A DNA stretch of 64,000 bases from the NCBI GenBank assembly GCA_044224875.1, contig JBGAJQ010000010.1:1-64000 (forward strand). Direction: 5' to 3'. A program made the translations under genes and the position numbers. Below the pieces are notes generated by a model that was not told the origin of the DNA, did no database searches, and saw only the letters and a program-made list of their open reading frames with translations. Positions 38,568 through 48,921 of the stretch are shown here, piece by piece. Origin of the DNA: Gemmatimonadaceae bacterium (GTDB lineage: Bacteria > Gemmatimonadota > Gemmatimonadetes > Gemmatimonadales > Gemmatimonadaceae). Numbering within the stretch: position 1 is the first letter of the stretch; every line of letters begins with the position of its first letter.

Positions 38568-40364
38568 CTACCGCAACCCGGCTTGCCGCCGCAGCAACCA
38601 TTCGGCGCACAGCGACCCAACGAGCAGGACAAAGAGCCAGGCAAACGACCGCAGGTGCGGGGTGTCGCCTAACACCTCGCTGCCGCCAACACTTCCGGAA
38701 GCAACGCTGGGGCGGCGCGGCAAGAGTTCGGAGGATTCGTTGACGACCAGCAGTGCGCTTCCCCCACGTACGCGGACGTCGTATACGCCGCGCTCTCGCG
38801 CTGCCGATTCGGTGGTGCTGATTCCGGGCGCAAAGCGCAAAGTGAGTGTGTCGGTCACGTTGTCGCCACGACGGACGAGTACGGCCTGCACCAGACTGTC
38901 CTCGGCACTTCCCCGTCGCCAATGGATCGGCATGCCCGCACGCAGCGTCCCTTCGATTGGCACCACTGCGCGAGCATCGCCATGCTCCGCCGCCAACCAG
39001 TCGAGCAGGCTTCCCCACAACGCCGTATGTACGCCAACTCCGGCACCTCCGCGAAATCGCCATCGCCAAAAGCCAGAGGCCCCCACGACGACGATCCGTC
39101 GTGGACGCTCCCATGCGACGATGGCCACGCGGCGCTCCAGCCGGCGCGCGCGACGAGTCTCGAGCACCTCGGTTTCGCCTGTCGGCATGGTCGAGGTCAC
39201 CTCGAGCGGCGGCAACGAATCCCATGGAGAGCCCGACAACGCCGATGAAACGGGCGATGGCGGGGCCCCCGTTGCGTACCACTCGCCCGTCGACTCCTTG
39301 GGTGGCGCAAAGAGCAGGAGGGATCCGCGCGTGAGCGCGCGGGGATCGCCAAAGACCGCCGTGTCGCCATGCAACACCAACATGGGCGCGCTGCGCGCCG
39401 ATTGTCGGACGGATTCCTCCGACACGGCTGCCATCGCGCCCTCCTCCCTCCAGACGCCCGGCGCCACCCTGAAGAAGCCACGCGTGGGAAGTGACACCGT
39501 TCCACGGAGTACCGCGGTGAGTTCTCGCACGTCCAGGTCGGGTGACGTCGACACGATGACCGCACCCGCACCGGGTGACAGGTCAATCGCCACGGCGAGG
39601 GAGTCGTTGCGTGCCTCCTGGTCGCCGTCAGATGCGACGACGGCCTGCAACAAGGTGGGTCCCGCGCCGCCTGGCACCTGGAGCTTGGCGCGCAGCGTAC
39701 GCTCGCCGAACGGACCTAACGAGTCCAGCGCCACCGCAGGTGCCGCTCGGGTTCCCAGGGTGACATGCACACGGCCGGCCGAAGCCCCCAGGGGGCCGGC
39801 AGCGATCGTCACTTGCACGTCCAGCGTGTCGCCAGTCACGACGGCACGGGGCGCGCGCAGCTCTGCCACCGCTGCGTCACGCACCGATGCGGTGGGGGAC
39901 ACGACCACTTGCGAGCCGCGCGGGAGGCCGTTCAGTGTCGTCGGGTCATCCAACTCGCCGTCGGTATACAGCACCAGGGGTCGTCCCGCCGCGAGCGCAT
40001 TCTCCACCACCGGATGCACACGCGACGCTCCATCCATCGGTACCCGAAGGGTGGAACGATCGCCGCGGACGGAATCACCGAACACGAGCAGCGAATCCGT
40101 CGCTTGGGCGCGGGCGGCGCGCCTGGCTTCGGTGAAGGCCGTCGAATCACGACCGCGCCGCCAGCTGCTACTCACGTCGAGCGCAACGATCGGCGAAGCC
40201 GTGCGTTGCATGCCGACCGCCGCATCCAGCAACAGAGCCACCAACGCCGTCACGACCAGGGCGCGAAGCACGGCGGCCACTCGTGCCAGCCCCTTCGGGC
40301 GCGTGCCATACGCGTAGATCGCGGCTCCAATACCGGACGCCGCCGCAATGAGCCACGTCAGCAT
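38568..40364 (-). CDS. Hypothetical membrane protein with VWA-like (MIDAS) and Ig-like domains
   Basis: N-terminal TM pair, ALDVSSS (DxSxS), YTDGE, a beta-rich middle, WRWR, C-terminal TM ending EWLLRR. Confidence 0.7.
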   Translation of the reverse strand: MLTWLIAAASGIGAAIYAYGTRPKGLARVAAVLRALVVTALVALLLDAAVGMQRTASPIVALDVSSSWRRGRDSTAFTEARRAARAQATDSLLVFGDSVRGDRSTLRVPMDGASRVHPVVENALAAGRPLVLYTDGELDDPTTLNGLPRGSQVVVSPTASVRDAAVAELRAPRAVVTGDTLDVQVTIAAGPLGASAGRVHVTLGTRAAPAVALDSLGPFGERTLRAKLQVPGGAGPTLLQAVVASDGDQEARNDSLAVAIDLSPGAGAVIVSTSPDLDVRELTAVLRGTVSLPTRGFFRVAPGVWREEGAMAAVSEESVRQSARSAPMLVLHGDTAVFGDPRALTRGSLLLFAPPKESTGEWYATGAPPSPVSSALSGSPWDSLPPLEVTSTMPTGETEVLETRRARRLERRVAIVAWERPRRIVVVGASGFWRWRFRGGAGVGVHTALWGSLLDWLAAEHGDARAVVPIEGTLRAGMPIHWRRGSAEDSLVQAVLVRRGDNVTDTLTLRFAPGISTTESAARERGVYDVRVRGGSALLVVNESSELLPRRPSVASGSVGGSEVLGDTPHLRSFAWLFVLLVGSLCAEWLLRRQAGLR

Positions 40365-40406
40365 GGTGCGTGGCGCGTGTTCAACGAAGGACGAGGCATT
40401 GCAACG

Positions 40407-41657
40407 TCAGTGCGAATTGACGTCTGCCACAGAACCGGCCCCTCGTGCAAGCATGCCGAGGTAAGCCGCCTTTCGGGCGTCGAAGGCCGGTCGGTCCGAT
40501 GAAGCGATCGGAAGGCCGCCAGTGTAGTCCAGCGCCGTTCGCGGGTTGCGTTGCACGCCCCCGACCAGCACCTCGAAGTGGAGGTGTGGTGCCGTGGCGA
40601 GTCCAGTGGCTCCCACATAGGCGACCGTCTGCCCAATGTTCACGCGTGATCCTCGATGAATCGTTGCGGCGAAGCCGCGGAGGTGGCCGTAGCGGCTGAC
40701 GGCTCCATTTACGTGCCGAATCTCCAAGGTGTTGCCGAAGCCGCTCTTTCGCCCGGCAAAAATGACGAGTCCATCCCCGATCGCTCTCACCGGCGTCCCA
40801 CTAGACGCTGAGTAGTCAGTGCCCTTGTGCGCCCGCCAGATACCCAGGATTGGGTGCTTTCGCATGCCGAAGACCGAGGAGATTCGGCGGAATTCAAGCG
40901 GGGCACGGAGAAACGCAGCCTCCATCGCCTTGCCGTCTTGGTCAAAGTATTTAGCGCTGGTCCCGGATTCCTGGCGAATGGCGTCGATGGTCCGGCCCCC
41001 GGACACGTATTCGGCCGCAAGCACACGACCCACCCGTTCGGCGCCTGAGGGGCCGCGCTTGCGCTCCAGCAGCACGGAGAACGTGTCGCCCTCCTGGAGG
41101 TCTCGGCTCATGTCGAGCCGGTACTCGAAGATGTCGGCCACGGTCCAAGCCAACTCCACTCGTGTGGGGGCCGACAGCTCCACCGCGGCGCTATCCATGG
41201 CGTCGTAGAGCGTGGAGGCAATGGCTCCGCGGACGACCATGGTGTCCACTGTCCATGGAAGGAGTTCCTCACGTTTGACCCATCCCGAGTCCGTCCGAAT
41301 CAGCCGCAGCAAACGGTCGATGGCCACGTGCAGCGTGATGGCCCGCGGGGACGAATCTCCCGGCTGGCGGGCTCCTAGCGTTATGCGCATGCCGGCCGGA
41401 ATGCGGCGTGGGTCCAGGCCGGAAACACCGAGGGCGGCTGCAACATCCTCGCTCGACATCCCGGCGCGGCCGAGCACCTCTCCTAACGTCTCCCCGGCGG
41501 CCAATGAATCCGTGCGATCAGGGGCAGCAACATGCGACGCGCCGCCCAGCACTTCGGCCGGGCGGCGCTCGGGAAGGGGCCGCAGGAATCTGAGCGCCCC
41601 GAAGGCGAGTAGCGCCACCACCGACCAGGCGATGGCGCGTGCCCCCGCTGCTTTCAA
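40407..41657 (-). CDS. M23-family metallo-endopeptidase (MepM/LytM-like)
   Basis: HKGTDY (HxxxD), [13 protein letters not shown] (HxH), N-terminal membrane anchor. Confidence 0.93.
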   Translation of the reverse strand: MKAAGARAIAWSVVALLAFGALRFLRPLPERRPAEVLGGASHVAAPDRTDSLAAGETLGEVLGRAGMSSEDVAAALGVSGLDPRRIPAGMRITLGARQPGDSSPRAITLHVAIDRLLRLIRTDSGWVKREELLPWTVDTMVVRGAIASTLYDAMDSAAVELSAPTRVELAWTVADIFEYRLDMSRDLQEGDTFSVLLERKRGPSGAERVGRVLAAEYVSGGRTIDAIRQESGTSAKYFDQDGKAMEAAFLRAPLEFRRISSVFGMRKHPILGIWRAHKGTDYSASSGTPVRAIGDGLVIFAGRKSGFGNTLEIRHVNGAVSRYGHLRGFAATIHRGSRVNIGQTVAYVGATGLATAPHLHFEVLVGGVQRNPRTALDYTGGLPIASSDRPAFDARKAAYLGMLARGAGSVADVNSH

Positions 41658-42871
41658 TCCATCTGTCTCCGAATGAACGTCGGGATGTCCATGTCCGTCA
41701 GTTCCGAACTCTCAGTCTTGGGTGGCGCAGCCGTCGGCGGAACCACGCGCCGAACGCCTTCACCAGCCGGGGGTGGAGCGGCCGTCCGCACAGGCGTGCT
41801 ACTCGGATACGTTCGGACGGTTCCGGGGCGTTGGGCATTGATGGGGATGACGTTCTTGGCCCCGATCCCTGAGGGAATCCCGGCGCTCGCTACCACCGTG
41901 CTCTGGCCCAGGGCCCGGTCGAACCCGGTGGCAATCACCGTGACTCGGATTTCGCCTTGCATCGCTGGCTCGTGAACGGCGCCAAAGATGATCTCCGCGT
42001 CGTCACCCGCCGCATCGTGGACAATCTCGGAAATCTGGGTCACTTCGCCCAGCGTGAGATCGCCGCCGCCCGTGATGTTGAGCAGCACGCCGCTCGATCC
42101 GTTGATAGAGACGTTATCGAGCAACGGTGACGAAATCGCCTGCTGTGCCGCTTCCATGGCGCGGTTCTCCCCGCGGCCGATACCGGTTCCCATGAGGGCA
42201 GAACCGCCATTCGCCATCACTGTGCGAACGTCGGCAAAGTCCACGTTCACCAGCCCCGTCTTGCTGATGAGCGTGGAAATACCCTGGGTGGCGTGCAGCA
42301 GCACTTCGTCCGCCTTCTTGAGCGCATCCCCGAAGGGAATTCCCTTCCCAACGACCGCCAGCAGGCGCTCGTTAGGCACGATGATCATCGTGTCGACATG
42401 CGTGCGCATGTCCAGGATGCCCTGTTCGGCCTGCCGCATCCGCTTCTTGCCTTCGAAGAGGAACGGCTTGGTGACAATTCCCACCGTCAGCGCGCCGGCC
42501 TCCTTCGCCAGTTCGGCAACCACGGGAGCGGCCCCCGTCCCCGTGCCGCCGCCCATGCCGCACGTGACGAACACCAAGTCGGCATTCTGAAGGACGCGGC
42601 CGACTTCCTCGCGATTTTCCTCGATCGCCTGTCGGCCGATCTCTGGGCGCGCGCCAGCGCCAAGCCCACGAGTCAGCTTCTTGCCGATCTGGATCTTGAC
42701 GTCGGACTTCGAGGCGAGGAGTGCCTGCGCGTCCGTGTTGATCGAGATGAACTCCACCCCCTCCAAATGCTCCTCGATCATGCGATTCACCGCATTACCA
42801 CCACCTCCGCCGACGCCGGCCACCTTCATCCGTGCGTTCTGCGACGAGCTCTCCTCAAATTCGAAGATCAT
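41654..42871 (-). CDS. ftsZ: Cell division protein FtsZ
   Basis: [28 protein letters not shown]-terminal [11 protein letters not shown]. Confidence 0.98.
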   Translation of the reverse strand: MIFEFEESSSQNARMKVAGVGGGGGNAVNRMIEEHLEGVEFISINTDAQALLASKSDVKIQIGKKLTRGLGAGARPEIGRQAIEENREEVGRVLQNADLVFVTCGMGGGTGTGAAPVVAELAKEAGALTVGIVTKPFLFEGKKRMRQAEQGILDMRTHVDTMIIVPNERLLAVVGKGIPFGDALKKADEVLLHATQGISTLISKTGLVNVDFADVRTVMANGGSALMGTGIGRGENRAMEAAQQAISSPLLDNVSINGSSGVLLNITGGGDLTLGEVTQISEIVHDAAGDDAEIIFGAVHEPAMQGEIRVTVIATGFDRALGQSTVVASAGIPSGIGAKNVIPINAQRPGTVRTYPSSTPVRTAAPPPAGEGVRRVVPPTAAPPKTESSELTDMDIPTFIRRQMD

Positions 42872-43139
42872 TGCGCGCGTCACTCCCATGCGACGAGAAC
42901 GGCCGGCCCGTCGGCCGGTATCGTCGAGCTCGTGTGCAGAACTTTCCACACCAGAGCCCGCGAATACGATGTGAACCGCCGTCAATATAACTCGTTTCGT
43001 GACTGTGGCTACGTGCGACTAGGCAACACACGCGAAGTGGAGAACTCCACATTTCCACGTCGGGGTTTTCCACATCCTGTGCATTTAGGGGAGCGGGGCC
43101 TGGGGTCGGTGCCGGATCGTGCCCTCGCCAAGGCCCCCG

Positions 43140-43168
43140 AAAGAAAACGGCGCCCAACAAGGGCGCCG
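43140..43168 (-). terminator. Intrinsic terminator downstream of ftsA
   Basis: Stem CGGCGCCC (43148-43155) pairs with GGGCGCCG (43161-43168), 5-nt loop, followed on the minus strand by TTTTCTTT. Confidence 0.75.
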
Positions 43169-43198
43169 CGTTGGGGCACTCGATGCCAAGGCATGCGG

Positions 43199-44461
43199 TC
43201 AGAAGAAATCCTGCAGCCACGCCTTCACACGCTGCGCCAGCTTGTCGACACCCGGTGTGTTCAGCTGCAACTTTCGTTGGCCACCGCCGGTCGTTGCCCC
43301 GATCGCATAACGAGTGGCGGCATACAACGCGAGGCCCACCGCCGTCGAATACTTCGGCGCTTCCACCGCGTCCGCCAGGCCACTGATGTTCTCCTTTGGC
43401 ACCCCGATCCGAACTCCGGTTCCAAAGACGTCCGCCGCCAGCTGCGACATCCCTGGCAGCGCGGCCACCCCTCCCGTGAGCACGATGCCGGCGCTCAGCT
43501 TGCCAAGGTAGCCGGACGAGTCGATGTCCCGCATGACCAGGTCAAAGATCTCGTCTGTCCGCTGGTGAATGATGTGCGCCAGCAGGTCACGTGAAATCTG
43601 CCGGTCTCCCTGTGCCATGGTGCTGGGCAACGTGAGGATCTCCGAGCGGTCGACCATTGGCTCGTAGGCGCAGCCGTACCGCTCCTTCAGCCGTTCGGCG
43701 TCTGCCTGCGTTACGCCCAACCCGTGCACGATGTCGTTCGTGACGTTGTTTCCGCCGTAGTTCACGGTGCCGAGATGCCGGATCTTCCCTTCGTGGAACA
43801 CCGCCACGTCGGTGGTGCCAGCTCCAACTTCGATCAGCGCCACCCCGAGTTCCTTCTCGTCTTCCGTGAGCGTGGCCAAGGCGCTCGCCAAGGGCTCGAG
43901 CACCAGCTCCTGCACCTTGTAGCCGGCCCGCTCGACGGCCCGTCGCAGGTTCGTTGCCGGTGCGCTACCGATGGTCACCAGGTACATCTCGGTCTCCAAC
44001 CGGGTACCGACCATCCCAATGGGGTCACGAATCCCCTCTTGGCGGTCCACCGTGTACTCCTGGGGAATCGCGTGCAGGAGTTCGCGATCCTGCGGAACGT
44101 CCTGGGCACGGGCGACGGCGTTGGCACGATCCACGTCGGGCTTCGTGATCTCGGAGCCACTTACGACCACAATGCCCTTGGAGATCATCGCCTCCATGTG
44201 TTCGCCGGCGATGCCTGCGTACACGGACTCCACCTTCGCACCCGCCATACGTTCCGCATCCGTGATCGCCTTGCGGATGGACTGCGTGGTCTCCTCAATG
44301 TCGGCCACGACGCCGCGCCGCAGTCCGGTCGTGCGCGCCTGTCCCACGCCCAAGACCTTGATGCCCGGGTGCCGTGGAAGCTCGCCCACCACGTCCGCGA
44401 TGATCGCGGTCGTTTTCGCGGAGCCGATATCGAGACCGGCAACTAGTCGTTCAACGTTCAT
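43199..44461 (-). CDS. ftsA: Cell division protein FtsA
   Basis: GLDIGSAK, EVGAGTTD, GG..VTNDI, AERLK..YG, VLTGG. Confidence 0.97.
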   Translation of the reverse strand: MNVERLVAGLDIGSAKTTAIIADVVGELPRHPGIKVLGVGQARTTGLRRGVVADIEETTQSIRKAITDAERMAGAKVESVYAGIAGEHMEAMISKGIVVVSGSEITKPDVDRANAVARAQDVPQDRELLHAIPQEYTVDRQEGIRDPIGMVGTRLETEMYLVTIGSAPATNLRRAVERAGYKVQELVLEPLASALATLTEDEKELGVALIEVGAGTTDVAVFHEGKIRHLGTVNYGGNNVTNDIVHGLGVTQADAERLKERYGCAYEPMVDRSEILTLPSTMAQGDRQISRDLLAHIIHQRTDEIFDLVMRDIDSSGYLGKLSAGIVLTGGVAALPGMSQLAADVFGTGVRIGVPKENISGLADAVEAPKYSTAVGLALYAATRYAIGATTGGGQRKLQLNTPGVDKLAQRVKAWLQDFF

Positions 44462-45171
44462 TGGATGCGGGCGATGACTTGGTCTTTGAAACGGAGGTCG
44501 AGTTCAACGGGCCGGGCACGACGCTTCGACAAGTCCTGTTCAACGGGAGCAATTTGCGCGAGCTGATCCAACGTGACATCAGCCATCGCCCGAACAGGAA
44601 CGGACACCAGCAATACCAGCAGCTCGTCCTTTCCGTTTCGCCGAATCTCGCTGATGCGTGCGAAGAGGGAAGGATCGCTCCCCCGCACCTCTCCGAGCAA
44701 GCGGAGAATGGTCGTGTCTCTTCGCGCGATCACCGGAAGATCGATGGGTGTCCGGCTTGGGTCGATGGCCAATTCACGTCCTTCCTCGTCGAAGGCGCGA
44801 TACCCCGTCGACGAGGGCGCGAGTGCCACCGGCACGTTCTCCTCCACGGTCACCACAAGGGTCGACGGGACCCGACGCGCCACGTCCACGTCCCGGATAT
44901 GGGGAAGCGCGCGGACGCGGCGCTCCAATACGCGAGTGTCGTCCCACAGTGAGCGCGAGGTGTCGATCGACAACGCCTTGGCGATTTCCGCGGGAGACGC
45001 ATAACGAGTCCCCCGCACCTCGACATGTCGCAAGCGGAAGAACGCCATCGGTCGCATGACGGCCGGGCCCCACCACGGAGACGACAGGGCCACGGCAGCG
45101 CCGAGGACTGCGAGAACACGGCGGATGCGGCGGCGCGGTCGCTCGGACGCGCCCAAATCCGAGTCAGTCAT
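44458..45171 (-). CDS. ftsQ: Cell division protein FtsQ/DivIB
   Basis: Single TM, POTRA-like region (VEVRG..RRVPSTLVVTVEE), C-terminal DLRF. Located just before ftsA. Confidence 0.88.
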   Translation of the reverse strand: MTDSDLGASERPRRRIRRVLAVLGAAVALSSPWWGPAVMRPMAFFRLRHVEVRGTRYASPAEIAKALSIDTSRSLWDDTRVLERRVRALPHIRDVDVARRVPSTLVVTVEENVPVALAPSSTGYRAFDEEGRELAIDPSRTPIDLPVIARRDTTILRLLGEVRGSDPSLFARISEIRRNGKDELLVLLVSVPVRAMADVTLDQLAQIAPVEQDLSKRRARPVELDLRFKDQVIARIQ

Positions 45172-46550
45172 GCGCGCGCCGCCAATCGCTGTATCACCTC
45201 TGCCCCAGTCCGCGTGATATCCCCCGCTCCAAGGGTGATCACCACATCGCCCTCGCGAACCACTTGCGTGATCGCCTCGGCGAGCTCCGATCTCGAACCA
45301 CGCCAAGCCACTGAGCGTCCAGCCGTGCGGCACGCGTCCTCGATGAGTCCAGAGCTCACCCCCGGAAGCGGGGCCTCGCGGGCCGGATAGATCTCGGTCA
45401 GGAAGATCACATCGGCGCGCGCGAGCACTTCACCAAAGCTGATCGCAAAATCGCGCGTCCGCGTGAAGAGGTGCGGCTGGAACGCCGCCACGAGTCGTCG
45501 CCCAGGGAACGTCGCACGGGCAGCGTCCAGCGTTGCGGCGATCTCCGTTGGGTGGTGCGCATAGTCGTCCACCACATCGACGCCCGCCACGGCGCCAAGC
45601 CGCTGGAAACGCCGTTCCACTCCCTCGAACGCCTCCAGGCCCGGCCTCATGGCATCCAGCGTCACTCCTAACGCCAGCCCACTCGCTACGGCGGCCAGGG
45701 CGTTTCGCACATTGTGCATCCCCGGCACCTGCAAGCTCACCTCACCAAGCACATCGCCGTCGAATGAAACCAAGAGGCGCGTCCGTCCGTGTTCGCGCGC
45801 GACTTCGCTGGCCACGACGCGTGCGTTGTTGGCATCTACGCCGTAGCGCAGTACCTCGGCGCCCGTCGCGACGTTGAGCGAGTTGGCTCCGGCATCATCG
45901 GCGCATATGACGACGGTGTTGGCAGGCGCAAGAAAGCGCTCGAACGCATCGGTGATGTCGCTCAGGTCCCGATAGATATCGAGGTGATCCGCCTCGACGT
46001 TGGTTACGACAGCGATCGATGGTGTCAGCGCCAGGAACGACCGGTCATATTCGTCAGCCTCAACCACGAACACTCGCTCTCCCGCGAAGCGCAGGTTGCC
46101 GCCCCAGGAACTGACGCGCCCACCCGCCAGCCCCGTCGGGGCCAACCCGGCCGCGGTCAGCGCGTCAGTCGTCAGCACGGTCGTCGTGGTCTTGCCGTGC
46201 GTCCCTGCAATGGCAACCAACGCGCCGCCGGTAACCGCCGCGCCCAGGGCTTCGGCGCGCCGCATCACGGGAAGGCCGAGTTCACGAGCGCGCCCGAGCT
46301 CTGGGTGCGCGCGCGACATGGCGGAGGTCACCACCACCCCGCGGGCGCGATCCACATGCGACGGATCGTGCCGGTCGTACACGACGATTCCCGCGCGTTC
46401 CAGATCGGCGGCAAAACCGGCGTTGGCGGCCGCGTCGCAGCCAGTGATGGGCACGCCGCGCTTGAAGAGCAGCTCCGCCAGGGCACTCATCCCGGCTCCG
46501 GCGATGCCCACAAAATGCACCGGACGTGAATCCGTCACGTCCAGGAGCAT
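45168..46550 (-). CDS. murC: UDP-N-acetylmuramate--L-alanine ligase
   Basis: HFVGIAGAGMSALA, GTHGKTTTT, EADEYD, DDYAHHPTE, FQPHLFTRT. Start uncertain (46550 or 46583). Confidence 0.96.
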   Translation of the reverse strand: MLLDVTDSRPVHFVGIAGAGMSALAELLFKRGVPITGCDAAANAGFAADLERAGIVVYDRHDPSHVDRARGVVVTSAMSRAHPELGRARELGLPVMRRAEALGAAVTGGALVAIAGTHGKTTTTVLTTDALTAAGLAPTGLAGGRVSSWGGNLRFAGERVFVVEADEYDRSFLALTPSIAVVTNVEADHLDIYRDLSDITDAFERFLAPANTVVICADDAGANSLNVATGAEVLRYGVDANNARVVASEVAREHGRTRLLVSFDGDVLGEVSLQVPGMHNVRNALAAVASGLALGVTLDAMRPGLEAFEGVERRFQRLGAVAGVDVVDDYAHHPTEIAATLDAARATFPGRRLVAAFQPHLFTRTRDFAISFGEVLARADVIFLTEIYPAREAPLPGVSSGLIEDACRTAGRSVAWRGSRSELAEAITQVVREGDVVITLGAGDITRTGAEVIQRLAARA

Positions 46551-46632
46551 TGCAGTGGAGTCGGCAGGGGGCGGAAGCGACATGAAAGAAGTCTTGACGC
46601 AGCGGCGCGCCCGGGCAAGGGCGCAGCACTCG

Positions 46633-47748
46633 TTAGGTGTTGGCCATGGTGGTCGGTTCCGATCGGACCAATGCCAGCACCCGCTGGGCAATCTGGGCCG
46701 CGGCAGCTGGTCGCGCGCGGGCACGGGCACCGGCAGCGAGCGCCTCCAAGGCGCTGGTTTGCTGGACGAGGCCTCGCACCATGGCGTCGATCCGATCGAC
46801 CGTCAGGTCAGACTGTTTCACCCATTGCGCGGCACCGGCTTCGGCCAGCGCCCGGGCGTTCGCGGTCTGGTGGTCCGCCGCGGCCGTGGGCAGTGGCACG
46901 AGGATCATTGGTACGCCCCACGCGCACAACTCGGCCGTCGTCATGGCGCCCGCGCGTGTCAGCGCCAGCGACGCGACCGCGTAGGCTTCGGCGATTGGCG
47001 CGAGATAAGGCCGGACGACCACCCGCGCCGACGCACGGGCGGCGTGCTTGGCGAAGTGATCTCGTCCGGTTGCCCAGATCACGGACAACCCAGGGGGAAG
47101 CCCGCGGCCGATCCAGGCGTCCACCGCGGCGTTCAACGCCGCCGACCCTTGCGAACCCCCGAACACCAGCAGGACGCGGTCTGTGGGCGACAAGTCCCAG
47201 TGTCGCATAGCCTCGGATCGGCTCTGACGCGTTGCAGGTGGCGGTTCGATCGGGTTGCCGGTATCGTGCGCCCGATTTCGCACCGTGACGGGAAGCGCTT
47301 GGATGGCTTCCGGAAAGCCCACGTAGATCTCTCGCGCACTGCCGCTGAACCATCGGATGGTCTGCCCCGGGAACGAGTTCGCCTCCTGCAGGACCAGCGG
47401 GATTCCGCGCCATCGGCTGAATAGCAGCGCGGCGCTCGAGGCGTAGCCACCGGTGCCGAACGTGAGTCGCGGCGGATCAGACGTCGCGAGCGTGCGAAGT
47501 TGCGACATGGCACGCGCGAGTCCGACCACCGTTTGCCAGTTACGCCACGGACGCGATCGATAGAGCGGGTGCAGGTCGAGGAGCGTGTATGGGAACCCGG
47601 CGTTAGGCAGGATCTCTCGCTCGATGCCGCGTGTCGCGCCCAGGAAATAAGGCTGCACGTCGGGCGCCATTCGAATCAGGGCACGGGCCACTGCCAACGC
47701 CGGGTACAGGTGCCCACCCGTCCCCCCACCAGCAAAGAAAATCCGCAC
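46633..47748 (-). CDS. murG: Lipid II GlcNAc transferase MurG
   Basis: GGGTGGHLYPA, GTGGYAS, TGNP, GGSQG, RAGA.T.AE, HQ..NA. Confidence 0.97.
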   Translation of the reverse strand: MRIFFAGGGTGGHLYPALAVARALIRMAPDVQPYFLGATRGIEREILPNAGFPYTLLDLHPLYRSRPWRNWQTVVGLARAMSQLRTLATSDPPRLTFGTGGYASSAALLFSRWRGIPLVLQEANSFPGQTIRWFSGSAREIYVGFPEAIQALPVTVRNRAHDTGNPIEPPPATRQSRSEAMRHWDLSPTDRVLLVFGGSQGSAALNAAVDAWIGRGLPPGLSVIWATGRDHFAKHAARASARVVVRPYLAPIAEAYAVASLALTRAGAMTTAELCAWGVPMILVPLPTAAADHQTANARALAEAGAAQWVKQSDLTVDRIDAMVRGLVQQTSALEALAAGARARARPAAAAQIAQRVLALVRSEPTTMANT

Positions 47749-48921
47749 TTACGTCGTCGCCATCAATGGATCGGTGGCTGCCGCGTTGAATACACGCTCC
47801 TTGGAACTCCCGATGTTGACCAGGATGCCCGTCATTACGAGCGAAACCAGGAGGTTGGTGCGGCCATACGAAATGAATGGCAGCGTGAGGCCGGTGGTCG
47901 GTAGCAGGCCGATGGCAACGCCAATATGAAGGTACGCGGTGATGGACGTCGTGAACGTGCACCCTAACGCGACGAGCTGCAGGAACGGAGAGCGCGCCTG
48001 CCGTGCGATCCGAATCCCGAGCCACGTGTAGGCCGCGAAGGCCAGCACCAGCGCCGTCATCCCGAGAAAGCCCCACTCCTCACCGATCGTCGCGCCAATG
48101 AAGTCGTTGAACCCCATGGGCACATAGCCGTACTGCTGGCGCCCCTGACCGAACCCCCGTCCGAAGATGCCGCCAGATCCAACTGCGATCAGTGACTGAC
48201 GCAGCTGGTAGCTGAGTTCCGCCGGCGCCTTGTCGGCGTCCAGAAACGAGAAAATGCGCATGATCGCGTACTGCAGCCGCAACATGTAGTGCCAGAGCAC
48301 CGGGATGGCGATGACGCCCAGGGCGACGAAATGGCCGATTCGGACGCCGCCGGCGAAGAGAATGATGGCCATGACCAAGGTGTACATGACGGCGACCGAA
48401 AAATCCGGCTCGAGGATCGCCAAGGCATCTAGCACACCCACCACTGCCATGAAGGGGAGAAGCCCCTTCGTCAGGCGGCGCATGCCTTCCTCTCCCTTGC
48501 GAACCAGCAACTCGGATGTCCAGATGATCACGGCCATCTTGCCGAACTCAGACGGCTGCAACGCAGTCCCCAGGATGAACCGCCGAGAGCCGTGCACCCG
48601 GGGCGCAATCGACTCAGTGAACGGGAGGACGGTCACGAGCATCATGAGGATGGCAATCACCATGAGCGGACGAGCGATTTTTTCCAGATGCTGAGCATCC
48701 ACCTTGGCCAGGATCATGAAGGCCACGATGGACGCCAGCGCCCCCATGGACTGACGCGCCGCATAGTACCAACCGGCGTGCCCATCGTTCATCGCCACGA
48801 TGGCACTCGCGCTGTAGAGGGTCGCAAGACCAAACGCCAGCAGAACGCTGGTCACCAGAACCAGCGCGCGTGCCTCGTTGCCCATCACCCAACGGTCGCG
48901 GACGCGCAGCGTGTCCGTCAT
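47749..48921 (-). CDS. ftsW: Peptidoglycan polymerase FtsW
   Basis: QPSEFGK, EPDF, GSGG.FG.G, EEWG, TGLTLPFISYG. Confidence 0.94.
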   Translation of the reverse strand: MTDTLRVRDRWVMGNEARALVLVTSVLLAFGLATLYSASAIVAMNDGHAGWYYAARQSMGALASIVAFMILAKVDAQHLEKIARPLMVIAILMMLVTVLPFTESIAPRVHGSRRFILGTALQPSEFGKMAVIIWTSELLVRKGEEGMRRLTKGLLPFMAVVGVLDALAILEPDFSVAVMYTLVMAIILFAGGVRIGHFVALGVIAIPVLWHYMLRLQYAIMRIFSFLDADKAPAELSYQLRQSLIAVGSGGIFGRGFGQGRQQYGYVPMGFNDFIGATIGEEWGFLGMTALVLAFAAYTWLGIRIARQARSPFLQLVALGCTFTTSITAYLHIGVAIGLLPTTGLTLPFISYGRTNLLVSLVMTGILVNIGSSKERVFNAAATDPLMATT

